Sequence record: OP764672.1
From: Klebsiella phage VB_KpP_HS106
Reading direction: 5' to 3' (one strand)
Length of the DNA stretch: 64,000 nt
Every line of letters begins with the position of its first letter. Within the stretch, counting starts at the first letter, position 1. Below are positions 9,237-18,644 of this stretch, piece by piece. Below the pieces are notes generated by a model. That model was not told the origin of the DNA and made no database searches. It saw only the letters and a program-made list of their open reading frames with translations. The position numbers and the translations under genes were made by a program.

Positions 9237-11083
9237 AAAAATTAGTGACCATCGTAGGAATCTCTGTCGATGCTCAGAATGCTGTCCTCTATTTAGAGGA
9301 TGGCAGTACTGTGACCATTGCACAGGGTGATCCTCGTTTGCCGATCATCGTCGAAACAGCTAAAAAGTACATCCCTGTGGATGGCTCTGCGGTTGTAGAC
9401 ATTGCAGAACCTGTCAAGGTACGCAATGAATTTAAAGAAACTGAAGAAGGCACTGGGGGGCTTATCAAGTTCTTCCGTGTTGCCAAAAGTTTCGTCAAAA
9501 AGTTCATAGACACTGAATCCCCTGAAAAGGTGGATGAAGCTGTTGCTCATATCTCGCCACTGGAACTGGGTATTAAACCAGGCCAGACTATTCTGGATAT
9601 GGAAGAAGCAGATGACACCACTTATGCTCTGGAAGCTCAACCTGCGGCTGTAGAAGCAGCAGAGGAAGCCCCTGTAGCTGAAGAGGTGAAACCTGTTGAG
9701 ATGACCAACGATCAGAAAATCGAACTGGCTACAGCCCGTATGCGTGAGCTTGCAGGCAAAGGCAGTACTGTTGATGATCCTGATTTCCACAAACCAATCA
9801 CGGATGAGGATCCTGACACTATTGTGGCAGTCAATACTCAGACGGGTAGTGTGATTCCTCATGCTCATAAGCTATCATCTCAGATGAAAGCAGCAAGTAA
9901 GCTGAAGGATTTCCGTGGTTTCGTAAACTTCCTGAACCGTCTGGAACCTGTCCTGAAAGATCGTGGGCACTCTGCTGAAGACCTGATGAAGTTCATCGAA
10001 CATGGTGACCTTCCTATTGCAGATGACGGCTGTATCGTTATCTACAAACGTCTCAAAGAGAAGCATGGTACTTTCGTGGATGTTCACTCTGGGAACATCA
10101 AACAGAACGTGGGTTCCTATGTCTTCATGCGTCCGGGTCTGGTAGATCCTAACCGTCGTCAGGATTGCTCCAATGGCCTACACGTAGCTTCCCTGGGTTA
10201 TCTCAGCAGCTTCTCTGGCAACGTTACTGTGATGGCTAAAGTACGTCCTGAAGACGTATTTGCTGTACCAGAATACAGCCACACTAAAATGCGGGTATGT
10301 GGTTATCACATTCTTGCTGTGCTGCCTGAAAGTCTGCGTGGGCATGTTAACAGTGGTGGTTCTATCTCTTCTATTCCAGAAGGTAAAGAGCTGCTGAATA
10401 AAGTTCTGCGTGGTGCTCATGTAGGCATCACTGAACTGGTTGAAGTAGGCGGTCACAATGGTAGTAATGTGACTTACACCAAGGTCGAAAATACTGAAGC
10501 AGTGAAAGCTGAAGAAGTACAAGTAGATCTGGTTAAAGAAACATTGGAACAGTCTGATCTGACAGAAGCAGCCCCTGTTGAAAAAGCAGCACCAGTGCTG
10601 GCTACTGATCTGAAGGAGTCTGCTCCATTTGTTGCCCCTGAGATCAAGAAGACTAAAATTGACCTCCTTTGGGAGCAATTTGAAGCTGCTTATCTGGCTG
10701 AAGATCTGGCTACTGCCCAGAAGTTTGCAGAGGAATTAATCTCTGCCAAACAGAAAGCTAAGAAAGGCTGGGCTAAACTGGGCATCTCTGCTGGAGATGC
10801 AGAGCTGATCCTATCCATTCGTGAAGCCAGTGATATCAAAGTCACTACTCCTGAAACAAAAGCTGAATCCCCAGCTAAACCAGAAGGTAAGGCTATGACA
10901 GTCAAAGAGCAGGCACAAGAGCTGTACCGTGTCTTCAAAGAGACTAAAGCCAAAGGTAACCGTGCTGACACCAAAGATGCAGCAGGGGAACTTCAATTCT
11001 TCATGTCCTCTCGTAAGAAAGGGCCAAAAGCATTCGGACTTGATCCGAAAGTCAGTGAAGAATTGAAAACCTGGCTTAAGTAG
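9233..11083 (+). CDS. rIIB: rIIB-like protein
   Basis: 616 aa, translationally coupled (ATGA) to the rIIA-like gene. Acidic/A-rich linker regions. Call based on position and size, not on sequence identity. Confidence 0.45.
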   Translation: MKKLVTIVGISVDAQNAVLYLEDGSTVTIAQGDPRLPIIVETAKKYIPVDGSAVVDIAEPVKVRNEFKETEEGTGGLIKFFRVAKSFVKKFIDTESPEKVDEAVAHISPLELGIKPGQTILDMEEADDTTYALEAQPAAVEAAEEAPVAEEVKPVEMTNDQKIELATARMRELAGKGSTVDDPDFHKPITDEDPDTIVAVNTQTGSVIPHAHKLSSQMKAASKLKDFRGFVNFLNRLEPVLKDRGHSAEDLMKFIEHGDLPIADDGCIVIYKRLKEKHGTFVDVHSGNIKQNVGSYVFMRPGLVDPNRRQDCSNGLHVASLGYLSSFSGNVTVMAKVRPEDVFAVPEYSHTKMRVCGYHILAVLPESLRGHVNSGGSISSIPEGKELLNKVLRGAHVGITELVEVGGHNGSNVTYTKVENTEAVKAEEVQVDLVKETLEQSDLTEAAPVEKAAPVLATDLKESAPFVAPEIKKTKIDLLWEQFEAAYLAEDLATAQKFAEELISAKQKAKKGWAKLGISAGDAELILSIREASDIKVTTPETKAESPAKPEGKAMTVKEQAQELYRVFKETKAKGNRADTKDAAGELQFFMSSRKKGPKAFGLDPKVSEELKTWLK

Positions 11084-11087
11084 TACC

Positions 11088-11113
11088 GAGGGGCTGCGGC
11101 CCCTCTTCTTTCG
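11088..11113 (+). terminator. rho-independent terminator
   Basis: Hairpin gaggggc-tgcg-gcccctc followed by ttctttcg. Confidence 0.55.
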
Positions 11114-11135
11114 TATGCCACTAGAGAGGTAGGCT

Positions 11136-13760
11136 ATGCGTCATATAATGTTCGCTCATAAACCTGAATTCGAGACAGCAATACTCATCAAAGAGTCTGC
11201 TTTCTATCAGGATCAGATTGAGCGTCACTACGTTAACCCTTTAGTCGAAGCTGGCTATGCCAAAGAGAATATTCTGGCGTTTTCGCTGGAGTATGAATCC
11301 AATGGCAAAGCACCAGCTAAGTTCTGTAAAGATTATCTGGCTAAAATTCTCCCACAGCTAAAGAAGATGGGTGTTAAGTACATTTACTGTGCTGACTCCA
11401 CTTACTTTAAATGTCTGGTTAAGAATGCCAAGATCGATGCAATGATCGGTTATGGCACTCCCTGTTCAATACCGGGGTATGAGGATATCGAGATACTGGT
11501 AGGTATTAACTATCAGGCTCTACTCTATAACCCAAACCAGGCAGATAAGCTGGAAATGTCTGTGCAAGCCTTAGCAGGTAAGGTAACCAATAGCTACAAA
11601 GCTTTGGGTGCTGATATACTGAAATGGGCCTTGTATCCCCAAACTGAAAAGGAAATTGACGAGGCATTTGCCAAGTTAATGACCTACCCTAAGCTGACCT
11701 GTGATATCGAAACTTTTAGTCTTGATATCTTTACTGCTGGTATCGGTACTATTGCTTTCAGCCCTGATAACACAGGCGGTATAGCATTTACCTGTGATCT
11801 TGCAGTAAGTGAAGGGGAAAACTACCGTTGGTTTAACGAAGGCTTTCGTATTAAGCTGCGTAAGTTCTTTGAGGAATATAAGGGTAACCTGAAATTCCAC
11901 AGGGCTAACTTTGATACCAAAGTACTGATCTATAACCTCTGGATGAAAGATCCCCTGGATAATGAAGGTTTACTGCGTGGCCTGGATTGTCTCTATCGAG
12001 ATTGTGATGATACTCGCATCATTGCTTATCTCGCACTGAACAATACTGCAAAGAATGAACTGAGCTTGAAACAGCTTGCTCATGAATTTGCAGGTAACTG
12101 GGCTATGTCTGACATTACCAATATCCTGGTGATCCCCCTGCCTGAACTGCTTCGCTATAACATCATCGATACCATGTCTACCTGGTATGTCTATAACAAG
12201 TATTACCCTGTTATGGTTCGTGATATGCAGCTTGAGCTGTATAAATACCTGATGATGCCAAGCCAGAAGACAATCACTCAGATTGAACTTACTGGTATGC
12301 CTATGATCCCTGCTATGGTGAACAAGGCAGAGAAGCAATTACAGGAACTGCATGATCGAAGCCTTGAAACTTTGTATGCACACCCCCTGGTTCAAAAAGC
12401 AGAAATGCTTATTCAAACCAGAGCAATGGAAGCTAAGAATGCCACTTTGAAGACTAAACAGTATCCTCTCAGTGCTTTCAGTCACCTTAAGTTCAACCCC
12501 AATAGTGGCAACCATCTGATCACTTTATTGTATGAAGTGATGAAACTTCCTGTGCTGGACAGGACCAAAACCAAGCAACCATCTACGGCTGGTGCAACAC
12601 TTAAGAAGCTGGAAAACCATGCTACTGAAAGTGGAAAGATAGTACTCAAAACTCTTCGTGAGTTTGGGGATGGTGAGAAGATCCTCACCAGTTTTATACC
12701 CACCTTTAAAAATGCCTTTAACAAAGGCAATGGAAGATCTTACCTGCATGGTAACTTCAACCTGGGTGGTACAGTATCAGGGCGATTAAGCTCATCGGAT
12801 CCAAACCTACAGCAGCTACCTTCTGGGAGTACCTTCGGTAAACTCATCAAGAAATGCTTTGCTGCACCTGATGGTTGGGTATTCGGTGGAGCAGACTTTA
12901 ATGCCCTGGAAGACCGTATCAACGCACTGTTAACGCAAGATCCTAACAAGGTCAAAGTGTTTACGGATGGCTTTGACGGCCACTCATTACGTGCTGTGGG
13001 CTATTGGGGAGCCAAGTTAATGCCGGATATCGACATTAATGATCCAGCTTCTGTAAACCAGATAGCTGAGAAGGATCACCCATACTACCCGTTACGTAAT
13101 AAGTCAAAAGCACCAAGCTTTGCACTCCAGTATCAGGGCACCTGGATTACTCTGGTTAAGAACTGTGGTTTCTCTGAAGAAGAAGCCAAAGAAACTGAAG
13201 CCAGTTTCCATGCTCTATATGCTGTATCTGGTGAATGGGTTAAAGAACGTATCAGACAAGCCTGTAACGATGGCTATGCCACTGCTGCCTTTGGGCTGCG
13301 TATTCGTACCCCGCTCCTTGCACGTTCGATCCTGGATACTACCAAGACGCTACGTGAAGCTGAAGCTGAGGGACGTACATTGGGCAATGCTATCTCAGGT
13401 CAGTCCTATGGGCTGTTAACCAACCGTGCTGCTAATGAGTTCATGGAACGAGTATGGGCGTCAGAGTTTCGTTATGACATTCTGCCTGTGGCTCTAATTC
13501 ATGATGCCATCTATGTACTGATGCGTAACAACGTAAGGGTAATCAAGTTTGTTAATGACAATCTGATTGAGTGTATGGCATGGAAAGGTTTACCTGAAAT
13601 TGCCGATCCACGAATCCCTTTGCCGGCTGAACTGGACTTGTACTACCCCAACTGGGCCAATGCTATCACTCTGCCTAATAACCTGGCAGAAGATGATATA
13701 AAGCCCTTTGTGGCTAAAGCACTGGATAAGCTAAAACAAAAAGAGGCATCACATGCATAG
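11136..13760 (+). CDS. DNA polymerase, family A (N4 gp39-like)
   Basis: Exo I motif DIETFSLD, motif B RNKSKAPSFALQYQG, motif C LIHDAIYV. 874 aa, comparable to the N4 DNA polymerase. Confidence 0.9.
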   Translation: MRHIMFAHKPEFETAILIKESAFYQDQIERHYVNPLVEAGYAKENILAFSLEYESNGKAPAKFCKDYLAKILPQLKKMGVKYIYCADSTYFKCLVKNAKIDAMIGYGTPCSIPGYEDIEILVGINYQALLYNPNQADKLEMSVQALAGKVTNSYKALGADILKWALYPQTEKEIDEAFAKLMTYPKLTCDIETFSLDIFTAGIGTIAFSPDNTGGIAFTCDLAVSEGENYRWFNEGFRIKLRKFFEEYKGNLKFHRANFDTKVLIYNLWMKDPLDNEGLLRGLDCLYRDCDDTRIIAYLALNNTAKNELSLKQLAHEFAGNWAMSDITNILVIPLPELLRYNIIDTMSTWYVYNKYYPVMVRDMQLELYKYLMMPSQKTITQIELTGMPMIPAMVNKAEKQLQELHDRSLETLYAHPLVQKAEMLIQTRAMEAKNATLKTKQYPLSAFSHLKFNPNSGNHLITLLYEVMKLPVLDRTKTKQPSTAGATLKKLENHATESGKIVLKTLREFGDGEKILTSFIPTFKNAFNKGNGRSYLHGNFNLGGTVSGRLSSSDPNLQQLPSGSTFGKLIKKCFAAPDGWVFGGADFNALEDRINALLTQDPNKVKVFTDGFDGHSLRAVGYWGAKLMPDIDINDPASVNQIAEKDHPYYPLRNKSKAPSFALQYQGTWITLVKNCGFSEEEAKETEASFHALYAVSGEWVKERIRQACNDGYATAAFGLRIRTPLLARSILDTTKTLREAEAEGRTLGNAISGQSYGLLTNRAANEFMERVWASEFRYDILPVALIHDAIYVLMRNNVRVIKFVNDNLIECMAWKGLPEIADPRIPLPAELDLYYPNWANAITLPNNLAEDDIKPFVAKALDKLKQKEASHA

Positions 13761-14253
13761 ACTGATCTTCTGTGATCTGGATGGTGTGCTGAACGGTAAC
13801 AGTGAGTTCCGAAAGCAGTACATCCCCAAAGATCCCTCAAACCAGCATGATTGGATTGAGTGGCATAAGGCTTGGGTATTCGAGCCACTGAATCTTCAAG
13901 GTATTGATATGGTGAAGTCTCTGCTTACTCAGGATGCTTTCCTGATTAGCTTGTCTAACCGTAGCAAACTTCTGGATAAAGAAACGAATACTCGTTTCAA
14001 AGAAGAGGGTAATCTCACCTTCGATCTGATCCATAACCGGAGTGAAAACCTGGGGGGCAGTGCACCTGACTTTAAACTTGAAGCTATGCTGTCCTTAATT
14101 CCAATGTTCTGTATGGGTGCCTCGACTACGATGGACAAAGTGGAAATTTTCCTGATTGATGATGACAAATCTGTCATCAATAAAATCAGAAAAAATCTGC
14201 CCAATGTCACAGCTATCCTGGTTCCCAAGTTTAGTGTAGAAGAACCATGGTAA
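13753..14253 (+). CDS. HAD-superfamily phosphatase (putative 5'-deoxynucleotidase)
   Basis: HAD motif I IFCDLDGVL and motif IV FLIDDD. Confidence 0.6.
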   Translation: MHRLIFCDLDGVLNGNSEFRKQYIPKDPSNQHDWIEWHKAWVFEPLNLQGIDMVKSLLTQDAFLISLSNRSKLLDKETNTRFKEEGNLTFDLIHNRSENLGGSAPDFKLEAMLSLIPMFCMGASTTMDKVEIFLIDDDKSVINKIRKNLPNVTAILVPKFSVEEPW

Positions 14254-14621
14254 AACTTTCCATTGAACTCAAGTACCTTAAACCAGAATTAGGGTTATAC
14301 CTTGAATGCCCTGAGAACATCACATCACTGGCAAGCCAGTTGATTATGGGTGCTCCAGTGGCTGAAAGTGTGTATCAATGCACTGGTTTCTGGACGTTGC
14401 TTAATGGTCAGCTGTACTTTCTAAACCAGAAAGTCACATTGGTACAAGAAGAACCTGATAAGGCTATCTTTGTTGAGAATCTTAAAGGTATTACTAAAGG
14501 TCTTCATGAGATTAACTTTAGTCGTCTACGTCTTCGTAACCATAACCAGAAAGGGTTCATGAAAGCGATCAACGCCAAATTTGCTAGTTTATGGTCAGAT
14601 AATTCTGAGCATTCAAAGTAA
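14247..14621 (+). CDS. hypothetical protein
   Basis: 124-aa ORF overlapping the HAD gene stop. Confidence 0.4.
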   Translation: MVKLSIELKYLKPELGLYLECPENITSLASQLIMGAPVAESVYQCTGFWTLLNGQLYFLNQKVTLVQEEPDKAIFVENLKGITKGLHEINFSRLRLRNHNQKGFMKAINAKFASLWSDNSEHSK

Positions 14622-14665
14622 ATTACGTTACAATCCATTTCATGTAAGTGAATTGGAGTAGTGTC

Positions 14666-14989
14666 ATGACCCCAGACCAGCAACAGAACTTTTATGTTCA
14701 GCTACTGGGTGCTCTCCTGATTAGTACTGTCAGTGGTGCAATCTCCGTTGGGAGACGAATCCTACGCTATGGTCAGGTAACCTTCGTTGCAGCAGCTACA
14801 GAAATGTCAGCAGCTCTACTCGCAGGCTATTTGGCATGGGATGCCTACCCTGTAGTGGCAAGTCAGTTGCCTACTGGGATTACGCAACCCATATTCACTT
14901 CAGCATCTGCCTATCTGGGAATTAAGATCTTCCAGTATGTGGAGAGGCTGTTTGAAGGCAAGACGTCCTACACAGGTTCACCTAAGTAA
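14666..14989 (+). CDS. membrane protein
   Basis: Two to three hydrophobic helices. ggag RBS before the ATG at 14666. Confidence 0.4.
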   Translation: MTPDQQQNFYVQLLGALLISTVSGAISVGRRILRYGQVTFVAAATEMSAALLAGYLAWDAYPVVASQLPTGITQPIFTSASAYLGIKIFQYVERLFEGKTSYTGSPK

Positions 14990-14994
14990 CCTCA

Positions 14995-15017
14995 AGCCCT
15001 CTTCGGAGGGCTTTTTA
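14995..15017 (+). terminator. rho-independent terminator
   Basis: agccctc-ttcg-gagggct followed by ttttt. Confidence 0.65.
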
Positions 15018-15030
15018 ATTGGAGGGAATC

Positions 15031-15369
15031 ATGCAAATTACTGCAATGGATCTAACTACTATTGCAGGTATTATCATCCTGCTAAATAACAGAGAAGTAG
15101 GGGTAGAGGTAGACAATACTTTTACAACGTTCAATGATCAGTTCATTGAAGAAAACAAAAAAGTAGTCACATTCCAAACACCAAGGGATAGTTGGTTTTG
15201 TCCTTTTGATCAGGTAATTGAACTAAACGAGCAGGGTGAGGGAATTGTGTCACTTACTGAAGGGGATGCCTGGGACACTTATGGTGACGTTGAGTTATCT
15301 ATTAAAGTTGAAGTATTAGTCCCTTTAACTGCTGAAATTTTACTCAAAAAGAGGATAGGAATTTTATGA
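15031..15369 (+). CDS. hypothetical protein
   Basis: ggaggg RBS then ATG at 15031. 112 aa. Confidence 0.4.
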   Translation: MQITAMDLTTIAGIIILLNNREVGVEVDNTFTTFNDQFIEENKKVVTFQTPRDSWFCPFDQVIELNEQGEGIVSLTEGDAWDTYGDVELSIKVEVLVPLTAEILLKKRIGIL

Positions 15370-15482
15370 GCTTTCGCGGAAAAGTCTGGAGTATCATAGC
15401 AATCTTGCTGATTGCTTTCTGGTGGTTGGCTTATCAAGCCTACGATCTTGTTCTGACTCTGTTAACACTGGTGCTGAAATGA
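15366..15482 (+). CDS. small single-pass membrane peptide (38 aa)
   Basis: ORF not in the track. aggatagg RBS. Hydrophobic core IIAILLIAFWWLA. Its TGA overlaps the Dam ATG (ATGA). Confidence 0.3.
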   Translation: MSFRGKVWSIIAILLIAFWWLAYQAYDLVLTLLTLVLK

Positions 15483-16285
15483 AACCATGGCTTAAGTGGG
15501 CAGGTGGTAAGTATCGCCAGCTTCCCCAAATCCAACCATTCTTAGTTGGTAATCGTCTCATTGAACCTTTTGTGGGTGCAGGATCAGTATTTATGAATGC
15601 TGGTTTCGATAAGGTGGCTATCAATGATGTAAATCCTGATTTATGCCAGCTCTACTTAGCCCTCATCCATAATGGTGATTATGTGTTGAACCAGGCAAAG
15701 AAACTGCATGAATGGTGTAACTCAGAAGCTCGCTACAATCAGCTCAGAGCTAACTTTAACAGTGGCAAGTTCAATTCCCTGTCTAAAGCTGTGTTCTTCC
15801 TGGTGCTCAATCGTACTGGCTTTAATGGCCTATGTCGTTACAACAAGAAAAAGGAATTCAATGTTCCTTGGGGCCAGAAAGAACAACCTTACTTCCCTGA
15901 ACAGGAACTCAGAGATTTCATCAATTCTGGTTTGAAACCAACAGTAGCAAACACAGACTTCATGTTATTTATGAACACTGCTCAAGAAGGTAATGTTGTA
16001 TTTTGTGATCCACCTTATGAGCCAATGCCTAAACATCAGGGGTTCACAAGCTATAGTGGCACCAGCTTCAAGTGGGGAGATCAGAAACGTCTGGTAGGTA
16101 AAGCTCTTGAGCTTAAAGCCAGAGGTGTAAGAGTGGTCATTACGAATAGCAGTGCTCCACGCTTAGTTGATCTCTACACCAAAGCTGGTTTTGACATTCA
16201 CCCATTAACTGCAACTCGTAGTATCTCAGCTAAGGCTGAATCACGAGAAGTGGTAAAAGATATCATTGCTGTTCTGAAACCATGA
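15479..16285 (+). CDS. dam: DNA adenine methyltransferase (Dam-like, N6-A MTase)
   Basis: Motif I WLKWAGGK and motif IV DPPY, both typical of the Dam/T4 Dam family. Confidence 0.8.
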   Translation: MKPWLKWAGGKYRQLPQIQPFLVGNRLIEPFVGAGSVFMNAGFDKVAINDVNPDLCQLYLALIHNGDYVLNQAKKLHEWCNSEARYNQLRANFNSGKFNSLSKAVFFLVLNRTGFNGLCRYNKKKEFNVPWGQKEQPYFPEQELRDFINSGLKPTVANTDFMLFMNTAQEGNVVFCDPPYEPMPKHQGFTSYSGTSFKWGDQKRLVGKALELKARGVRVVITNSSAPRLVDLYTKAGFDIHPLTATRSISAKAESREVVKDIIAVLKP

Positions 16286-16512
16286 TTATCAGTTCAACCT
16301 TTAACATCTGTCCAATATGTGGGATCGAACGTAGTAAACGTGTGCATTCTAAATGCTCTAAGATCCTCCAGAAACGTGCTCAGAACCCTGCTGTACAGGC
16401 TGAGTACGCAACCATTCGTAGAAATGCCCGAGGCTATGACAGAAATGAGGTAGTGCATACTAACCGCATTAGTCGTATCAGGGCTGCAACTCACAGGATT
16501 GCCTCTCTATGA
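16282..16512 (+). CDS. small Cys-containing (zinc-ribbon-like) protein
   Basis: CPICG...HSKCSK pattern. 76 aa. Confidence 0.35.
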   Translation: MIISSTFNICPICGIERSKRVHSKCSKILQKRAQNPAVQAEYATIRRNARGYDRNEVVHTNRISRIRAATHRIASL

Positions 16513-16700
16513 AACCAGAAACCATTAAGGCTGTAGTAACATTTGTCTTTCGTGACAAATCTTCAATGAGGATAGGGACTGACTCTATTAAGGAAAGTGC
16601 TCATGCTTACCATATTGGTAATCTGGTCTTCCCTTTTAAGTTTATCTACGATGCAACATTGCAGGATCCTGATAATGTCTTAGGGCTTACAGGGCAATAA
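16509..16700 (+). CDS. hypothetical protein
   Basis: 63-aa ORF at the end of the plus-strand block, followed by a bidirectional terminator. Confidence 0.35.
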   Translation: MKPETIKAVVTFVFRDKSSMRIGTDSIKESAHAYHIGNLVFPFKFIYDATLQDPDNVLGLTGQ

Positions 16701-16725
16701 AAAAGCCCCCAACTGGGGGCTTATT
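16698..16725. terminator. bidirectional terminator between convergent blocks
   Basis: aaaa-agccccc-aact-gggggct-tatt. Sits between the plus-strand gene end (16700) and the minus-strand gene end (16740). Confidence 0.6.
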
Positions 16726-16739
16726 CATGCTGGTAGCTA

Positions 16740-17183
16740 TTAACCACCAGCTTCAGTGACAGTCACTACACAGGTAGTGGACTGAATCTCTTTACCAGCT
16801 GCGTCATAGACTTCAGCATGGTAAGAACCAGCCATATCCAGGGTAGCTGCACCGAGGTTAAGGGTAGAACTACCCAGGGTCTGGATAGCAGAGCCACCTT
16901 TAAACCAGGTAACACTGTACGGTGCAACACCACCAGCAGGAACTACTTTCAGTTCCAGTGCAGCGCCTTCAGTAACAGTTTTGGTAGCAGTCAGATCAGT
17001 AGTCAGACTCAGAGCTGCTGGCTTAGTGTAAGCAGCACCAGTGATATCTTTAGATTGAGCAGCGGCTACATCAGCAGGCACTTTAGCCATACCACCCATT
17101 TTCAGGGGGATAAAATCATAGCCTTGTGCCAGCACATCATCGGTAGTGACAACACCAGCACCGATAGAGGGGACTTTAGACAT
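16740..17183 (-). CDS. Ig-like (Big_2-type) domain protein
   Basis: C-terminal ~90 aa, ending TCVVTVTEAGG, has the alternating beta-strand pattern of bacterial Ig-like domains. gaagagga RBS. Confidence 0.45.
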   Translation of the reverse strand: MSKVPSIGAGVVTTDDVLAQGYDFIPLKMGGMAKVPADVAAAQSKDITGAAYTKPAALSLTTDLTATKTVTEGAALELKVVPAGGVAPYSVTWFKGGSAIQTLGSSTLNLGAATLDMAGSYHAEVYDAAGKEIQSTTCVVTVTEAGG

Positions 17184-17234
17184 AGGTGTTTCCTCTTCAT
17201 GAAAAGTCTAGTTAATGTACATCATTCTACTGGT

Positions 17235-17510
17235 TTATACGAAATAAACCAACTTAGTATTACTTGCCTGATTGGATGGAGTCGTAGGCTTTTTCACAGG
17301 TGAATCCAGCACTACTGGCTTGGTCGGCGTATTCAGCCAACTGTCTGTTTCGTTCGAGAGATTTTTCGAGCACGTTGGCAAGCAGATCGAGGGCTTCTCT
17401 GGCTGTCTTGCCTCTTTGGGTAGTGCCGGAATCTTCGGAGCTGGTGTCGGCAAGTAAACGGTTGATCCGTTGCTGCAACCTACCAATAGAAGCATTGGCA
17501 CTATCAGCAT
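17235..17510 (-). CDS. Rz1: o-spanin (Rz1-like lipoprotein), overlapping Rz out of frame
   Basis: MLIVPMLLLVGC lipobox signal, then a Pro-rich short mature peptide. Starts inside Rz in another frame and extends 25 nt past the Rz stop. Confidence 0.6.
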   Translation of the reverse strand: MLIVPMLLLVGCSNGSTVYLPTPAPKIPALPKEARQPEKPSICLPTCSKNLSNETDSWLNTPTKPVVLDSPVKKPTTPSNQASNTKLVYFV

Positions 17511-17769
17511 CAGAGCGAGCTTGTGCGAGGTCTTTAGCCCCTTGCTGTGCGATTGCATCAACATTGTTTTGGTACTCCCATTCTTTGACTCTGGCCTCCT
17601 GAGTAGCTTTGGCAGAAGCATCACTATACTCCTGCTTCAAACCAGAATACTTAGCAGACCAGTGGTTATCAGTTACAACATAGGTTAAGTAACAAGCCCC
17701 GGCAAGTAAAGCCAGGGCCAGAACAGAACCTAACAAAACAGCATACTGTTTAATTAGATCCTTTATCAT
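17260..17769 (-). CDS. Rz: i-spanin (Rz-like)
   Basis: N-terminal TM helix LLGSVLALALLAGACYL followed by a coiled-coil periplasmic domain. aggagaag RBS. Follows the holin. Confidence 0.65.
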   Translation of the reverse strand: MIKDLIKQYAVLLGSVLALALLAGACYLTYVVTDNHWSAKYSGLKQEYSDASAKATQEARVKEWEYQNNVDAIAQQGAKDLAQARSDADSANASIGRLQQRINRLLADTSSEDSGTTQRGKTAREALDLLANVLEKSLERNRQLAEYADQASSAGFTCEKAYDSIQSGK

Positions 17770-17971
17770 TAGGCTTCTCCTGAGAAACCAGACGAGCAAC
17801 TATAGCTGAGATCCCCAGGAAAGTTGTCAGTCCAGCAAGAGCATGTGGAGGCAGTGAATCTTTGAACTCCTGTGGGAAGTATCCCCAGATTTCAGGAAGT
17901 GCAACGATCACTACCATAATATGAATAGAATACCACTTCCATGCTGACTTCCAGTTTTCTACAAGTTTCAT
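17750..17971 (-). CDS. holin (class II-like, two TM)
   Basis: 73 aa with two hydrophobic helices and a charged C-terminus. ATGA overlap with the endolysin stop. Confidence 0.5.
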   Translation of the reverse strand: MKLVENWKSAWKWYSIHIMVVIVALPEIWGYFPQEFKDSLPPHALAGLTTFLGISAIVARLVSQEKPNDKGSN

Positions 17972-18456
17972 GCTACTTTGCCTCCGAATTTTTTAAAGAC
18001 TGAAACCAGAGTAGACATCTTGTGTTCAAACTGTCCATACCCAGCTCCTGGTAAGGATGCCCAACGAGATCGACACTTGTTAATAGCAACTTCGATACGA
18101 CCAGCTTCGATATCTTCAAGTGCTTTACACTCTTTGATTAGCTGGATAGCAATTTTGTCCTGATCTTCAGGCCAGAAGCCTTTAAGCCCCAGAATCTTTT
18201 TATAAGCCACGGCATACTTATAAAGGATCTGATAACGCCCGGCAGCAGTGGACTTCAAACCTTTGTTATTTACAGTGACTAGCACATTAGGATGCTTACT
18301 GTAATCGGTAAAGATTTTAGGTTCACCCCCAATACCATTAACAATTACATCATAACCATTGTTCTTGGTGTACTTACTCGTACTGGTTCCTTCAGATACT
18401 GAAAGCATCCCTAAGAATGCTGATACTTGCTTACTAATCATATAAGTATTCCTCAT
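17968..18456 (-). CDS. R: endolysin, lambda R-type lytic transglycosylase
   Basis: Near-colinear match to phage lambda R: LSVSEGT, NGYDVIV, FTDYSKHP, KSTAAGRYQIL, LGLKGFWP and WASLPGAGYGQFEHK. Confidence 0.9.
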   Translation of the reverse strand: MRNTYMISKQVSAFLGMLSVSEGTSTSKYTKNNGYDVIVNGIGGEPKIFTDYSKHPNVLVTVNNKGLKSTAAGRYQILYKYAVAYKKILGLKGFWPEDQDKIAIQLIKECKALEDIEAGRIEVAINKCRSRWASLPGAGYGQFEHKMSTLVSVFKKFGGKVA

Positions 18457-18478
18457 TAAAAAGCCCCCGAAGGGGCTT
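18457..18478 (-). terminator. hairpin terminator immediately upstream of the endolysin start
   Basis: On the minus strand: agcccc-ttcg-ggggct then ttttt, then aATG of the endolysin. Confidence 0.5.
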
Positions 18479-18483
18479 ATAAG

Positions 18484-18636
18484 TTAAGTAGAAGGTTCAA
18501 TTAGAGTTTCTTCAGAAGCCTTCCAACCTAGGGCATAAAGAGCATACTGTTGATCCTCATCAACTTCTACATATTCTGCTTCGCTACCGTCTTCATTGGT
18601 AGCAACCCCTTGCATATATAATTTAATCTTAGCCAT
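18484..18636 (-). CDS. small acidic protein (50 aa)
   Basis: ORF under 60 aa, so not in the track. aagg RBS. MAKIKLYMQGVATNEDGSEAEYVEVDEDQQ. Lies between the tailspike and the endolysin. Confidence 0.3.
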   Translation of the reverse strand: MAKIKLYMQGVATNEDGSEAEYVEVDEDQQYALYALGWKASEETLIEPST

Positions 18637-18644
18637 GATATACC

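Noticed and set aside
9293-10678. Minus-strand ORFs of 166 to 191 aa inside the rIIB-like gene, and 10690-10996 ORFs
   Set aside because: Antisense shadows of a coupled plus-strand gene. Low-complexity translations.
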